Of a stretch of DNA of 48,347 nucleotides, positions 16,617 to 25,124 are shown one piece after another. The position numbers and the translations under genes are program-made. The stretch's first letter is position 1. Each line of letters begins with the position of its first letter. This DNA comes from a virus (lineage: Duplodnaviria > Caudoviricetes). The DNA is taken from positions 1 to 48,347 of IMG/VR virus record IMGVR_UViG_3300027533_000036, one strand, 5' to 3'. The notes beneath the pieces were generated by a model. The model was not told the origin of the DNA, did no database searches, and was given only the letters and a program-made list of their open reading frames with translations.

Positions 16617-17090
16617 CTAGTCGTCGGTAGGGTTAATAACTTTAAGCTTGTGCGGCTCGACGCTTAACTTACGTAGGGCTGAATCGCCCGATTGCTCTGA
16701 CTTGTTGATGATGCCGCTGAGGATCGCCACGTTGGAGCTAGACTTGCCGGTCTCCAGGCGTTCCTTGTCATAGATTAGGCCCATCATTCCGGCCATGGCA
16801 TACGGTGACAGCTTGGCGAATTCCTTTTCATCGTCGAGCTTCACGGCTATGCCAGCTAACAGTTTAGCCTGTAATCCTGCGAATATATCAGCTCTCCACT
16901 GTCTGAACTCCTCAACACCTTGCCGCAAGTCAGTAAAGCTTGCGAAGCGTTTCAGGTGATCGGCTACAGTGGACGGAGATACGCCAACAACGGCTGCAAT
17001 CTCGCTTTGCGATAGTCCCTTCGCATCGAGTTCCAAAAGCTTGCCAGTATCGAACGTGGCGACTCTAGTCATAGAGTTGCCGATTATCAT
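16617..17090 (-). CDS. HTH protein, putative terminase small subunit
   Basis: N-terminal HTH GLSQSEIAAVVGVSPSTV; GLIYDKERLETGKSSSN motif typical of TerS-like phage proteins. Confidence 0.65.
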   Translation of the reverse strand: MIIGNSMTRVATFDTGKLLELDAKGLSQSEIAAVVGVSPSTVADHLKRFASFTDLRQGVEEFRQWRADIFAGLQAKLLAGIAVKLDDEKEFAKLSPYAMAGMMGLIYDKERLETGKSSSNVAILSGIINKSEQSGDSALRKLSVEPHKLKVINPTDD

Positions 17091-17112
17091 GTTCGAGCAG
17101 GTCAGCGCAAGC

Positions 17113-17129
17113 AGTATCCAAAAGATACT
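17113..17129. promoter_or_regulatory. Palindromic operator/enhancer copy 1 (AGTATC-N5-GATACT)
   Basis: AGTATCcaaaaGATACT; repeated at 17215. Confidence 0.6.
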
Positions 17130-17214
17130 AACTATCCAGATAGCATGTACCCACCAAAATGGTGTCTGAAGTAACCAACATGGTATTTGAATGGTTATTC
17201 ATACGAAGTAAGTA

Positions 17215-17231
17215 AGTATCAAAAAGATACT
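17215..17231. promoter_or_regulatory. Palindromic operator/enhancer copy 2
   Basis: AGTATCaaaaaGATACT. Confidence 0.6.
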
Positions 17232-17257
17232 ATGTGGATATTGTTCACTTGTCACGC

Positions 17258-17274
17258 TTGGCATACGGGTTGCG
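17258..17274 (+). promoter_or_regulatory. Sigma54 (RpoN) -24/-12 promoter for the early operon
   Basis: TTGGCATACGGGTTGCG: GG-N10-GC, close to consensus TGGCACG-N4-TTGC; ~30 bp before the first early ORF. Confidence 0.65.
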
Positions 17275-17302
17275 TTACTAGAGAGGCATGGAGGGCACGA
17301 AA

Positions 17303-17536
17303 ATGAAAGCATATATCGGCAAGTTGACAACGGATAGAGGCACGCTAGTCGGTGGTGTCAAGAAACACCTAAGCGCAGCGTTTGAGAGTGAGATCGACGC
17401 GCAATCATGGGTTGATACTGTCGTCAAAATCAATAAAGAGGCCAATCGTTGCATTGAATCCGCTACGGTTATCCAGATTCAAACCTACGGGCCTGTTATC
17501 TCGGCCAGTAACCATGATTGGAGCAAGGCGTACTAA
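17303..17536 (+). CDS. Early hypothetical protein
   Basis: ATG 17303 after GGAGGGCACGA. Confidence 0.55.
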   Translation: MKAYIGKLTTDRGTLVGGVKKHLSAAFESEIDAQSWVDTVVKINKEANRCIESATVIQIQTYGPVISASNHDWSKAY

Positions 17537-17658
17537 CATGGACTTCATCCTAAACAACATCGGCACGCTGGCACCGGCATACGTTGGAATCCTCGCAGCT
17601 ATTGGGGTTTTGTACGTTTGCAGGCTGGCGAAGTAACAAAGACATGGAGGGAAAGAAA

Positions 17659-17862
17659 ATGGCACAGATTCAATTTGAAGAAGTAACGATGGATCAATTT
17701 TACGAAACGTTAGAGCAGTACCGCAAACATTCTTGGACTCTGCTGGCCGACAGGGATGGTACTTACCGCGCTGAAAATCCTAGCAGCATCCGTATTATCG
17801 GTTCTCGGTCGCCTGAAGTTAGAGCCGACGGGACAAGGCAATACTGTATCGTCAACTACTAG
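17659..17862 (+). CDS. Early hypothetical protein (MAQIQFEEV...)
   Basis: GGAGGG RBS; followed by a GGGAGTCT-TACG-GGACTCCC hairpin. Confidence 0.55.
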   Translation: MAQIQFEEVTMDQFYETLEQYRKHSWTLLADRDGTYRAENPSSIRIIGSRSPEVRADGTRQYCIVNY

Positions 17863-17951
17863 TCTCCTCATCGGGAGTCTTACGGGACTCCCCATTGAGT
17901 AGATTCATTAACCGTGCGGGCCGCGAGTGCTTACTCGCAGAGGGAGACACG

Positions 17952-18173
17952 ATGAAAACACTTAACGACTGGCAAGAAACATTGCACTACGTGAACCGGC
18001 TTGGCTTGGCACACCCGACAATGCCGATAGGGTGGAAGCAGCAAGTTCTCATGGATAACGTGAATATCATTGAAGGGCTGTCAGTGGAGAAATATCCTAT
18101 CCGTGTTCACTACTCGCGCAAGGATGATTCATTCACTGTCAATCAACTCACCCGCAAAGCAACGCACCGATAG
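17952..18173 (+). CDS. Early hypothetical protein
   Basis: ATG 17952 after GGGAGACACG. Confidence 0.55.
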   Translation: MKTLNDWQETLHYVNRLGLAHPTMPIGWKQQVLMDNVNIIEGLSVEKYPIRVHYSRKDDSFTVNQLTRKATHR

Positions 18174-18185
18174 GGGGACACGACA

Positions 18186-18389
18186 ATGGAAAAACTAACG
18201 TTAGCTGAATGGCTTACTGCAACAACGGAGCAGCGTGGCGAATGGCTCTTGAATGATCGTCAATTAGATAATCAATCTCATATCATCTTAGGTTGGGCAT
18301 TGGCTTTCAGGGATAACGGTGGACACGTCTCCGATGAAACGATGCTCAAAGTCTACAATGCGCAGATTGAATCTTACAAAGCAGCCTAA
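18186..18389 (+). CDS. Early hypothetical protein
   Basis: 67 aa ORF with conserved leader motif. Confidence 0.55.
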   Translation: MEKLTLAEWLTATTEQRGEWLLNDRQLDNQSHIILGWALAFRDNGGHVSDETMLKVYNAQIESYKAA

Positions 18390-18412
18390 CCCTAGCCCCA
18401 GGAGACACGACA

Positions 18413-18664
18413 ATGGAAAACAAACATACGCCGGGACCGTGGCACGATAGAGTTAACGAATTTGGTCAGCAGTGTATTTATAACCCTGATACTTGGGTTG
18501 CAACGTGTAAAACTCCCGCCAATGCCCGCCTCATCGCCGCGGCGCCTGAAATGCTGGAGGCTATTCGCGCAATCCTATTTCAAGTAATTCAAGGCAAGGT
18601 GCTAGAGCGTGACGCCTGTATTACACAAGCTCGCGCCGCAATCGCCAAAGCCGAAGGAAAGTAA
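18413..18664 (+). CDS. HTPGPW...ANARLIAAAPE family phage protein
   Basis: Characteristic motifs of a widespread phage early protein. Confidence 0.7.
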   Translation: MENKHTPGPWHDRVNEFGQQCIYNPDTWVATCKTPANARLIAAAPEMLEAIRAILFQVIQGKVLERDACITQARAAIAKAEGK

Positions 18665-18814
18665 ATGTCAGACAAGATCAAACGCACCATAGACTTTCCC
18701 GCCGACCTGTATGAGCAGCTCCGCAAGTTAGCGGCAAGCGAGGATCGGTCAGTGAATAGTCAGGTGGTGCAACTACTCAAAGCGGCTTTGGCGGATATGA
18801 AAGGGAGAGATTAA
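18665..18814 (+). CDS. Arc-like ribbon-helix-helix repressor (49 aa)
   Basis: KRTIDFPADLYEQLRKLAASEDRSVNSQVVQLL matches the Arc fold (below ORF-track cutoff). Confidence 0.8.
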   Translation: MSDKIKRTIDFPADLYEQLRKLAASEDRSVNSQVVQLLKAALADMKGRD

Positions 18815-18826
18815 GGAGTTATAGAA

Positions 18827-18892
18827 ATGGAAGTTGTATTTTTTATCGCTCTAATTTTTATAGCGTGGCTTATCGCACTTGCCAAACTCTAA
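18827..18892 (+). CDS. 21 aa single-TM peptide
   Basis: MEVVFFIALIFIAWLIALAKL with AAGGAG RBS. Confidence 0.45.
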   Translation: MEVVFFIALIFIAWLIALAKL

Positions 18893-18909
18893 CGCAGCCG
18901 CATTGGCCG

Positions 18910-19029
18910 ATGCAGGGAAACAATAACGAGCAGCTGCGCAAGCTGGCGGCGAGCGAGGATCGAAGCGTTAACTCTCAAGTGGTTCAATTACTCAAAGCGG
19001 CGATTGCGGAGATGGGGAAAGGAAAATGA
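18910..19029 (+). CDS. Truncated Arc paralogue lacking the beta-ribbon (39 aa), or pseudogene
   Basis: EQLRKLAASEDRSVNSQVVQLLKAA is identical to the 18665 ORF; stop overlaps the next ATG. Confidence 0.5.
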   Translation: MQGNNNEQLRKLAASEDRSVNSQVVQLLKAAIAEMGKGK

Positions 19030-19274
19030 CACTAACAATGAGCAAATATCCCAAGCAAATACTGATTCACGTTAGCAAGGAAACATCGAAACGATTGCGA
19101 AAAGAGGCGAAGCTCTATCAGCGTTCATTATCTCAATGGGTTAGGATGATAATTGATCAATCATTTGCTCATCAGGATTCAGCAAAGAAAAGCGAGCAGA
19201 CTAACGTGGCCGAAAACTATGCCCAATTTCTTGAGCGCAACGGCATTACAGACGTAAGAGATCGGAAGGAATAG
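19026..19274 (+). CDS. Ribbon-helix-helix DNA-binding protein
   Basis: KQILIHVSKETSKRLRKEAKLYQRSLSQWVRMII. Confidence 0.7.
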   Translation: MTLTMSKYPKQILIHVSKETSKRLRKEAKLYQRSLSQWVRMIIDQSFAHQDSAKKSEQTNVAENYAQFLERNGITDVRDRKE

Positions 19275-19337
19275 CAAGGACTCGGAATAGCAACCCGAAC
19301 CAAACGCGCGGCGCTTACCGCGTGTGGGAGGCACGAT

Positions 19338-19877
19338 ATGTCACAGTTTTATGAGATGGTGAAGGATAGACCGGCATTCAAACGATATTGCGCAAGGCAA
19401 TCAACCCGACCGATAGCAAAGCCAAAACGATTTAAAGTGCCAATACCAAAGCCAAAGGGAATGTTATCTGTGCTTGGCGAATATACAACCGGCAGAATGA
19501 TTCGCGTGGCTCATATCGGCCACGAATACGACCCTGCGCAACCCGATAGCAAAGGCGCAGCAAAAGAGCCGACCTATTCAACCATTGATGAGCGCGCAAT
19601 CCTGCAAAAGATCAATGGAGAGTTTATCAGCAAACTTCACCATGAAAGCGATTTGCCGATTGAAACTGTGAGTCAAAAGCCGTGCGACAATTGGGAGTTT
19701 GGCAAAGATGCGCCGGATAAGTTTGAGCCGTTAGAAGATGCCGACGCCGATAAACCGCAGGAACCGACCGATAATGAGCCACAACAGCCCGTACAGGACG
19801 ATTCAGCAACCTTGCGACTACTAGCAGCCCTGGAACAACAAAACGCGCTATTAAGGCAATTAGCGGCTCGCGTCTGA
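19338..19877 (+). CDS. Hypothetical protein
   Basis: 179 aa, GGAGG RBS. Confidence 0.55.
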   Translation: MSQFYEMVKDRPAFKRYCARQSTRPIAKPKRFKVPIPKPKGMLSVLGEYTTGRMIRVAHIGHEYDPAQPDSKGAAKEPTYSTIDERAILQKINGEFISKLHHESDLPIETVSQKPCDNWEFGKDAPDKFEPLEDADADKPQEPTDNEPQQPVQDDSATLRLLAALEQQNALLRQLAARV

Positions 19878-19927
19878 ATATCAACCGCAGCGACCGTGGT
19901 GCTTGCCACGAGAAAGAGGACACGAAA

Positions 19928-20509
19928 ATGAGAAACAGATTCACACCAGTAAGCCGATGGATACCGGAAAACGCTATAGAGATCGTACATCCGGACGGGT
20001 TGGGCGTAGTTTACAGCTACACTGACAAGAACGGCAAAATCTTAGCGGTTGCCTACACTGGTAAAGCCATGAAATCGGCTTGGCACTATTCTTTCTCCTG
20101 CAAAGATATTGAAACAGCCAAGCAGCGCCGAGCCGATAGAATCAAAGAATACTTCACCGGGTTAGAGATGCACCGCGACGCGCAAGCGCAGTACAAAGCC
20201 GAGCGGGCAAAGCCGCATGACTTCAAGGTCGGGGAGATCATCGTCAATTCTTGGGGATATGACCAAACCAATATCGATTTTTACGAGATCGTTAAGGTTA
20301 GTGCGAGTTATGTTTGGTTGCGTGAGATCGGTAGCAGCGTGAAAGAAACTGGTTTCATGTCCGGTGATACTTGGCCAAAGCGCGGAGCTTATCTGAATGA
20401 CGAAATCACCCAACACAAGGCCGACGCTAGAGGGTATGTCAACTTTGAGTACGGTTGCGGTCGCCGTTATGAAGTCGGAAAAACGGAGCATTGTTCTTGG
20501 TACGCTTAA
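19928..20509 (+). CDS. Conserved phage/plasmid protein (SWGYDQTNIDFYEIV motif)
   Basis: Recognisable motif of a widespread uncharacterised mobile-element family. Confidence 0.65.
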   Translation: MRNRFTPVSRWIPENAIEIVHPDGLGVVYSYTDKNGKILAVAYTGKAMKSAWHYSFSCKDIETAKQRRADRIKEYFTGLEMHRDAQAQYKAERAKPHDFKVGEIIVNSWGYDQTNIDFYEIVKVSASYVWLREIGSSVKETGFMSGDTWPKRGAYLNDEITQHKADARGYVNFEYGCGRRYEVGKTEHCSWYA

Positions 20510-20620
20510 AATCGCGGCTTAACTCGCCGGTATCGTGTCGCCGGCAGCGTTGTGGAATTAAGCACTCCACCGAGCCCCTGGACGTTACGCAGGGGCACTA
20601 ACGAATGAAAGGAATTGAAC

Positions 20621-20821
20621 ATGAAACGAACTTATTACGGATTTCAATATGGTGCACCAACTTTCGGCGGTGGAATGGAATATGTTTCCACGCGCAAGCC
20701 TAGTTGTGGCTATCAAGTCAAATGCCGTGCGAATAATACGCAGGAAGCACGAGAAAAACTAGACTCACTTTGGACTGATAGCTGTTATCAAAGTCTGGCG
20801 GATGCCGAGGAGACAAAATGA
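20621..20821 (+). CDS. Hypothetical protein
   Basis: Small ORF in the early operon. Confidence 0.45.
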   Translation: MKRTYYGFQYGAPTFGGGMEYVSTRKPSCGYQVKCRANNTQEAREKLDSLWTDSCYQSLADAEETK

Positions 20822-20936
20822 GAACATTAGCCTATTTCGCATTCTTGATTGCGGTCGGGGCTGTTGTCGCCGTCACCGTGGTGCTCCCGAGTGCCGTCAT
20901 GCTTGGCACTCTTGGCCATGTCTTAGGGGTGATGCC

Positions 20937-21239
20937 ATGAAACCATCGCTACTAAAGAAATTGCGCCAGCAGCGAGGACTTGGCTTCTCGTGGTTTAAGG
21001 CAATCCGCCACGCTATTATGCCAATGCGGCTTTCCCTAGCGTGGCACGTACTGCGCGGCTATCCAGCAATCTATGGCATAGTCGCAACTCGACCGATTCA
21101 CATCGCCAACAAAGATCATGTGTTCATTGCGGATTGTGATTTTACAAGAGTGAAAGAATTGCCTTGCCTCTACCTCGGCGCGACAGAAAACGAGGAATCG
21201 CGCACATTTGGCATAGACATTGTTGTTGTGACACCGTGA
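20937..21239 (+). CDS. Hypothetical protein (MKPSLLKK...)
   Basis: Probable internal ATG after GGGGTG. Confidence 0.45.
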   Translation: MKPSLLKKLRQQRGLGFSWFKAIRHAIMPMRLSLAWHVLRGYPAIYGIVATRPIHIANKDHVFIADCDFTRVKELPCLYLGATENEESRTFGIDIVVVTP

Positions 21240-21311
21240 ACAGCGATGACATGATCTATTTCTGGTGCGCGTTTGTCGGCTTCCTTGTCGGCGTGGTGTT
21301 TACGCTATTGA

Positions 21312-21500
21312 TTGGAGAATGACATGGATAAAGAATTGACAACAAAAGTATACGTGAAACGAATCAGATATTTTCTAGCATTGAGCCGCGATAACATGCT
21401 GAGCATTCTAGCCCGGCGCATCCTGGCCGAACATGCTTACTCACTGCTGACCAGCTACCGCGTGGACGATTACCGGGCGGTGCTAGTCGAGAAACTATAA
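21312..21500 (+). CDS. Hypothetical protein
   Basis: Coupled (TAATG) to next ORF. Confidence 0.45.
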   Translation: MENDMDKELTTKVYVKRIRYFLALSRDNMLSILARRILAEHAYSLLTSYRVDDYRAVLVEKL

Positions 21501-21760
21501 TGGCTTATGTATACGACACTGTTAGCACCAGCGAGTATGAAAAGCTCAAAGCCGACTTGGGCCAGGCTGTGGCGGCGCTGGAAATATCGGCGGGTCGCTT
21601 TGAATCCCTCGCGAAAGTTCTTGATTCGTGGGCCGTCGAGAGTCGTCAGGGTGGTTGGTCTACGCATCAAGTCAGAGCCAATCAAGATACGGCTACCGAG
21701 TGCCGTCTTTGCGCCGGTGCCGCCCGCGCCGTTATCGCCAAGCTGAAAGGCAAACCATGA
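21500..21760 (+). CDS. Hypothetical protein
   Basis: 86 aa, ARAVIAK phage C-terminal motif. Confidence 0.55.
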   Translation: MAYVYDTVSTSEYEKLKADLGQAVAALEISAGRFESLAKVLDSWAVESRQGGWSTHQVRANQDTATECRLCAGAARAVIAKLKGKP

Positions 21761-21866
21761 AAAAACTAATCCAATCCCTGCTATCCAAGCTATTCCCGCT
21801 CCGGCCAATCGGCAAAGGGCTCAACGCGAAACAGATTGCCATTGTTGCGCATATCGTGAGGGTAAA

Positions 21867-22148
21867 ATGAAAGGATCAGGCATAAAAAGCGAGCGCGAGA
21901 CGATCATAACCTACAACGAGGATGAGCCAAACGCCCAAATCTGGACGGCTTCCGAAGTCACCGACAGGCGCTTGCGGAAGCTAGGCTTGCAGGTCGTCGA
22001 GGATGGCGAGCGCCATACTGTCTTTACGTGCCCGAAACGCCAAGTGCGCTTTTCCAAGCCAAGAATGATGTCTGAAAATCAGCGCAAGGTTTTGGCCGAA
22101 CGGATGAAGTTAAATCGTCCAAACGTGGCAAATACCGCGGCAAAATGA
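21867..22148 (+). CDS. Conserved phage hypothetical protein
   Basis: ERETIITYNE...MSENQRKVLAERM motif. Confidence 0.6.
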   Translation: MKGSGIKSERETIITYNEDEPNAQIWTASEVTDRRLRKLGLQVVEDGERHTVFTCPKRQVRFSKPRMMSENQRKVLAERMKLNRPNVANTAAK

Positions 22149-22558
22149 GCGCAAAGGGGGGATTCTGATGGTTCAGCTAATCTACTTGATCGTTCTGTCG
22201 ATCCTGGCGGCATTGCTGGCCGTGTGGGTGCTAGGATGAGCCTTTACCATATCCAGGATAACGACGAGCCAATTTGGGTAATTGCATCGAGCTATGACGA
22301 AGCCATAAAGAAATGGCAATCCTATCACAGCCGCGATGACGTTGAGCCGGAACGAGTCTGCAAAGTATGCGACGATGCGGAGTTGATAAAATGAGCCGCG
22401 ATAGGTTTGGCAACTTTTGCATAGATATGCGCACACCCGAGGATAAGTGGGCCGATGAGATCCGCCGGCGGCATGAAGATGAGGAGGCGGATTGTGTCGA
22501 AGATTGCGAACTCTGCCTCACCGAAAATGAGCCCGAGTCTATACGAAAGGATTGAATC

Positions 22559-23365
22559 ATGGAAAACGCGATAGCACTACGAGATCAGCCGCAACTCCCG
22601 CAAACGCTAGACGAGCGCAAGGCGGCAACCGACTTGACGATTGACACCGCGGCATACTGGGCGAAGAAACTCATGGAATTAGTGGAAAAGTGCGGGCTCT
22701 CCCGCTCAATGGGCGGCAAGAAGTACCTTGAAGTTGAAGGTTGGCTGGTGATTGCCGAGTTTGCCCATACCCGAGCTATTATCGAGTGGACTAGGGAGTG
22801 GAAAGACAGCAGCACAGGCGAGTTGCTAGGCTATGAGGCCCGCTGCAAGCTGGAAAACGAAGCCGGCGAGACTATCGGCTCCGGTGAATCAAGCTGCGGG
22901 CTCGATGCGTTCCCATGCAAAGGCAAGCAAGGCAGCGAAAAGGACAAAGCTGCCCGATCGGCGGCTCAGACTTGGGCGATCAGCCGAGCCCTGCGCAATA
23001 AGTTTAGCTATGTCGCCAAGATTGCGGGCTATCAGGCCGTACCAGCCGAGGAAATGTACCACGATGTTCGCCAGGACGACCCAATGCCTCAAACGCCTAA
23101 AGTCGCTGTACGGGCAAGCCAAACGGCAAAAAAGACCCTTGCCGAAGCGATTCTAGCTTACACTGACCAAAACAAGGTGAAGGCTGGCAATCTGCTGAAG
23201 GAAGCAACCGACGGGAAATTTAATAGCGTCCGGGACATGACCGAGCAGCAAGCGGCGGCGGCGCTCACGGCGTTTAATGAATTAGTTATATCCAAACTTG
23301 ACCCCGCCGACGACGATTTTCCCGAGTTTGAGTTGTCACGCGAGCCGGGGAGTGATGACGCGTGA
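22559..23365 (+). CDS. Putative single-strand annealing protein (Rad52/Erf-like fold)
   Basis: KKYLEVEGW, GSGESSC, SAAQTWAISRALR, PAEEM; acidic C-terminal tail REPGSDDA. Confidence 0.6.
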   Translation: MENAIALRDQPQLPQTLDERKAATDLTIDTAAYWAKKLMELVEKCGLSRSMGGKKYLEVEGWLVIAEFAHTRAIIEWTREWKDSSTGELLGYEARCKLENEAGETIGSGESSCGLDAFPCKGKQGSEKDKAARSAAQTWAISRALRNKFSYVAKIAGYQAVPAEEMYHDVRQDDPMPQTPKVAVRASQTAKKTLAEAILAYTDQNKVKAGNLLKEATDGKFNSVRDMTEQQAAAALTAFNELVISKLDPADDDFPEFELSREPGSDDA

Positions 23366-23634
23366 GCAACACCAGCATCATGTGGCAACCGATAGTGCCG
23401 GCGGGCGAAAAGCTCCATTGCGCCGAGCCCGACCTGTTCATCCTGCAAATGGCTGCGGCGTTCCCCGAACGGCGAATGCCGATCCTGCTCACGGCCAAAG
23501 ACGTGCCCATTCTTTGCGGCATGGCTGCGGCGACTGCCATTGTTGGCAACCCATACCGTAAGTTGACGGAATTGCTAACTAAGTTTGCGTCGGTGCAGAT
23601 ACGGGTCGAGTATGGGGAGGATCACGGCCTATGA
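23362..23634 (+). CDS. Hypothetical protein
   Basis: 4-bp overlaps with both neighbours. Confidence 0.5.
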   Translation: MSNTSIMWQPIVPAGEKLHCAEPDLFILQMAAAFPERRMPILLTAKDVPILCGMAAATAIVGNPYRKLTELLTKFASVQIRVEYGEDHGL

Positions 23635-24008
23635 GCTACCGCTACACACTCGAAGATTTGAAAACCCTACGGGCGAGAGGCCCAGCCAAAAGCAAGTTCG
23701 GTAATACCAAAGTCGTAGTCGATAACATCGGCTTTGACAGCAAGCGCGAGGCGGCACGGTACAACGAGCTCAAGCTAATGCGAAACGCCGAGCTAATCAG
23801 CAGCATAGACGTTCATCCGGTTTATCCGATTTACATCAAGGATATGAAAGTTTGCGATGTCGTTTTGGATTTCGCTTACACGATTTTCAAGGATAGCGTC
23901 CCGGTCCACGAGGACGTTAAATCATCAGGAACAAACACGGCGCTCTCAAAGTTAAAAAGAAAAATGGTAGAGGCGTATTATGGATTTAAAGTTACCCTCG
24001 TCTTTTAA
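23631..24008 (+). CDS. DUF1064-family PD-(D/E)XK nuclease (resolvase-like)
   Basis: SKFGNTKVVVDNIGFDSKREAARYNELK...DFAY...EDVKS. Confidence 0.8.
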   Translation: MSYRYTLEDLKTLRARGPAKSKFGNTKVVVDNIGFDSKREAARYNELKLMRNAELISSIDVHPVYPIYIKDMKVCDVVLDFAYTIFKDSVPVHEDVKSSGTNTALSKLKRKMVEAYYGFKVTLVF

Positions 24009-24174
24009 GGGAACGCTGCGCATAAAATGAGAACTGCAATTCCTATGCTTATCGGCATTGCGATTGCCCACGTCCTAAATCAATGTTGGTATCGAAAATA
24101 TGATTGGGGCGAAGCATTTGGCATTTGGTATTGGCAAGCGACGGCGGTATTTCTTTATGTGTTCACGGCATATC

Positions 24175-24459
24175 TTACGGCCTCGTAGCAAACGGCAACA
24201 AATGACACCCATCAACAAAATTAGCGTTTATACTTGCGCCCTTGGGGATGATGATCCAAACCGTATTTCCTATTGGCGGTGGCCCGCCAATAGTAAAGCA
24301 TCCATAAACTTGAGCGCCACTTTCGCTATACTCGCGAATCTGCGCGGGACTCAGGTTGTCGCCCTTGTCGATGGCGTGGTGGAGCAGGATGCCCGAGCAA
24401 CCGAACAGGTAGATTGCGCAGGCGCTGACAAGAAGCGTGAGCACTAAGACTCGTTTCAT
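24175..24459 (-). CDS. Putative lipoprotein (possible o-spanin-like)
   Basis: MKR + hydrophobic stretch + lipobox-like VSAC/LFGC; last late gene. Confidence 0.5.
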   Translation of the reverse strand: MKRVLVLTLLVSACAIYLFGCSGILLHHAIDKGDNLSPAQIREYSESGAQVYGCFTIGGPPPIGNTVWIIIPKGASINANFVDGCHLLPFATRP

Positions 24460-24686
24460 CTAAATCTTGGCACAATGCCGACCAAACTGAGCAGGTAAAG
24501 AATCACCACCAATACGACAACGATCATAATCAAGGTTTTTATCGGCGCTTCCATTGGCACATACGTGAACAGCAGGTGCAGGCACAGCCCAAGAATCGCC
24601 AAGACAAGAATAACGCCTATCAATGCTCCTAAATCCATAATCCCCCCTTGTTGAAATTGACCGCTGAATAAAGCTGCCGAGCCCAT
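24456..24686 (-). CDS. Two-TM membrane protein (Thivi_2564-like), candidate holin
   Basis: Two hydrophobic helices separated by YVPMEAPIK. Confidence 0.55.
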   Translation of the reverse strand: MGSAALFSGQFQQGGIMDLGALIGVILVLAILGLCLHLLFTYVPMEAPIKTLIMIVVVLVVILYLLSLVGIVPRFR

Positions 24687-25096
24687 TAAGGCTTTGTTCT
24701 TATTCTATCCGCTCGCTCCGCCGTCTGTTCGGCACGGCCTTGAAGATTGCCGACCGCGAGCCCCTCGGCCAGCTTCGATGCAACTAATTCATCCTTGATC
24801 GCGTTAGTATTTTTCTCCAAGTGCGCCATTGATCGCGTGAGAATCGCCTGCTTATACGTGAGCCATGCAACTGCGACTGGCACCATACTTTGCACCACTA
24901 GCGAGTAAAACGCATATCGCGCTGCGACCTCGGCATCAGCCGCTGCTTTAAGGCCGATGCCTGCCGCAAGCGACGGATCTATAATCGGATCAATGATACC
25001 CGCTGCCCAAACTGTCGTTGTGAATAAATCCATTCTTGTCGTTGTATCTCCTAATGGTGTAAACGTGGCGCGGTCTAGTTGCTCCAACAACACCAT
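24686..25096 (-). CDS. Membrane protein, holin/lysis-associated candidate
   Basis: TM segment followed by HLEKNTNAIKDELV motif. Confidence 0.45.
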   Translation of the reverse strand: MVLLEQLDRATFTPLGDTTTRMDLFTTTVWAAGIIDPIIDPSLAAGIGLKAAADAEVAARYAFYSLVVQSMVPVAVAWLTYKQAILTRSMAHLEKNTNAIKDELVASKLAEGLAVGNLQGRAEQTAERADRIRTKP

Positions 25097-25124
25097 TGAG
25101 GAGCCCGCGCCACGTCTAGGTTAG

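Noticed and set aside
17290-19930. CRISPR-like or attC-like array from the recurring CACGA motif
   Set aside because: Repeats are ~10 bp, degenerate and irregularly spaced by whole genes; no cas or integrase gene
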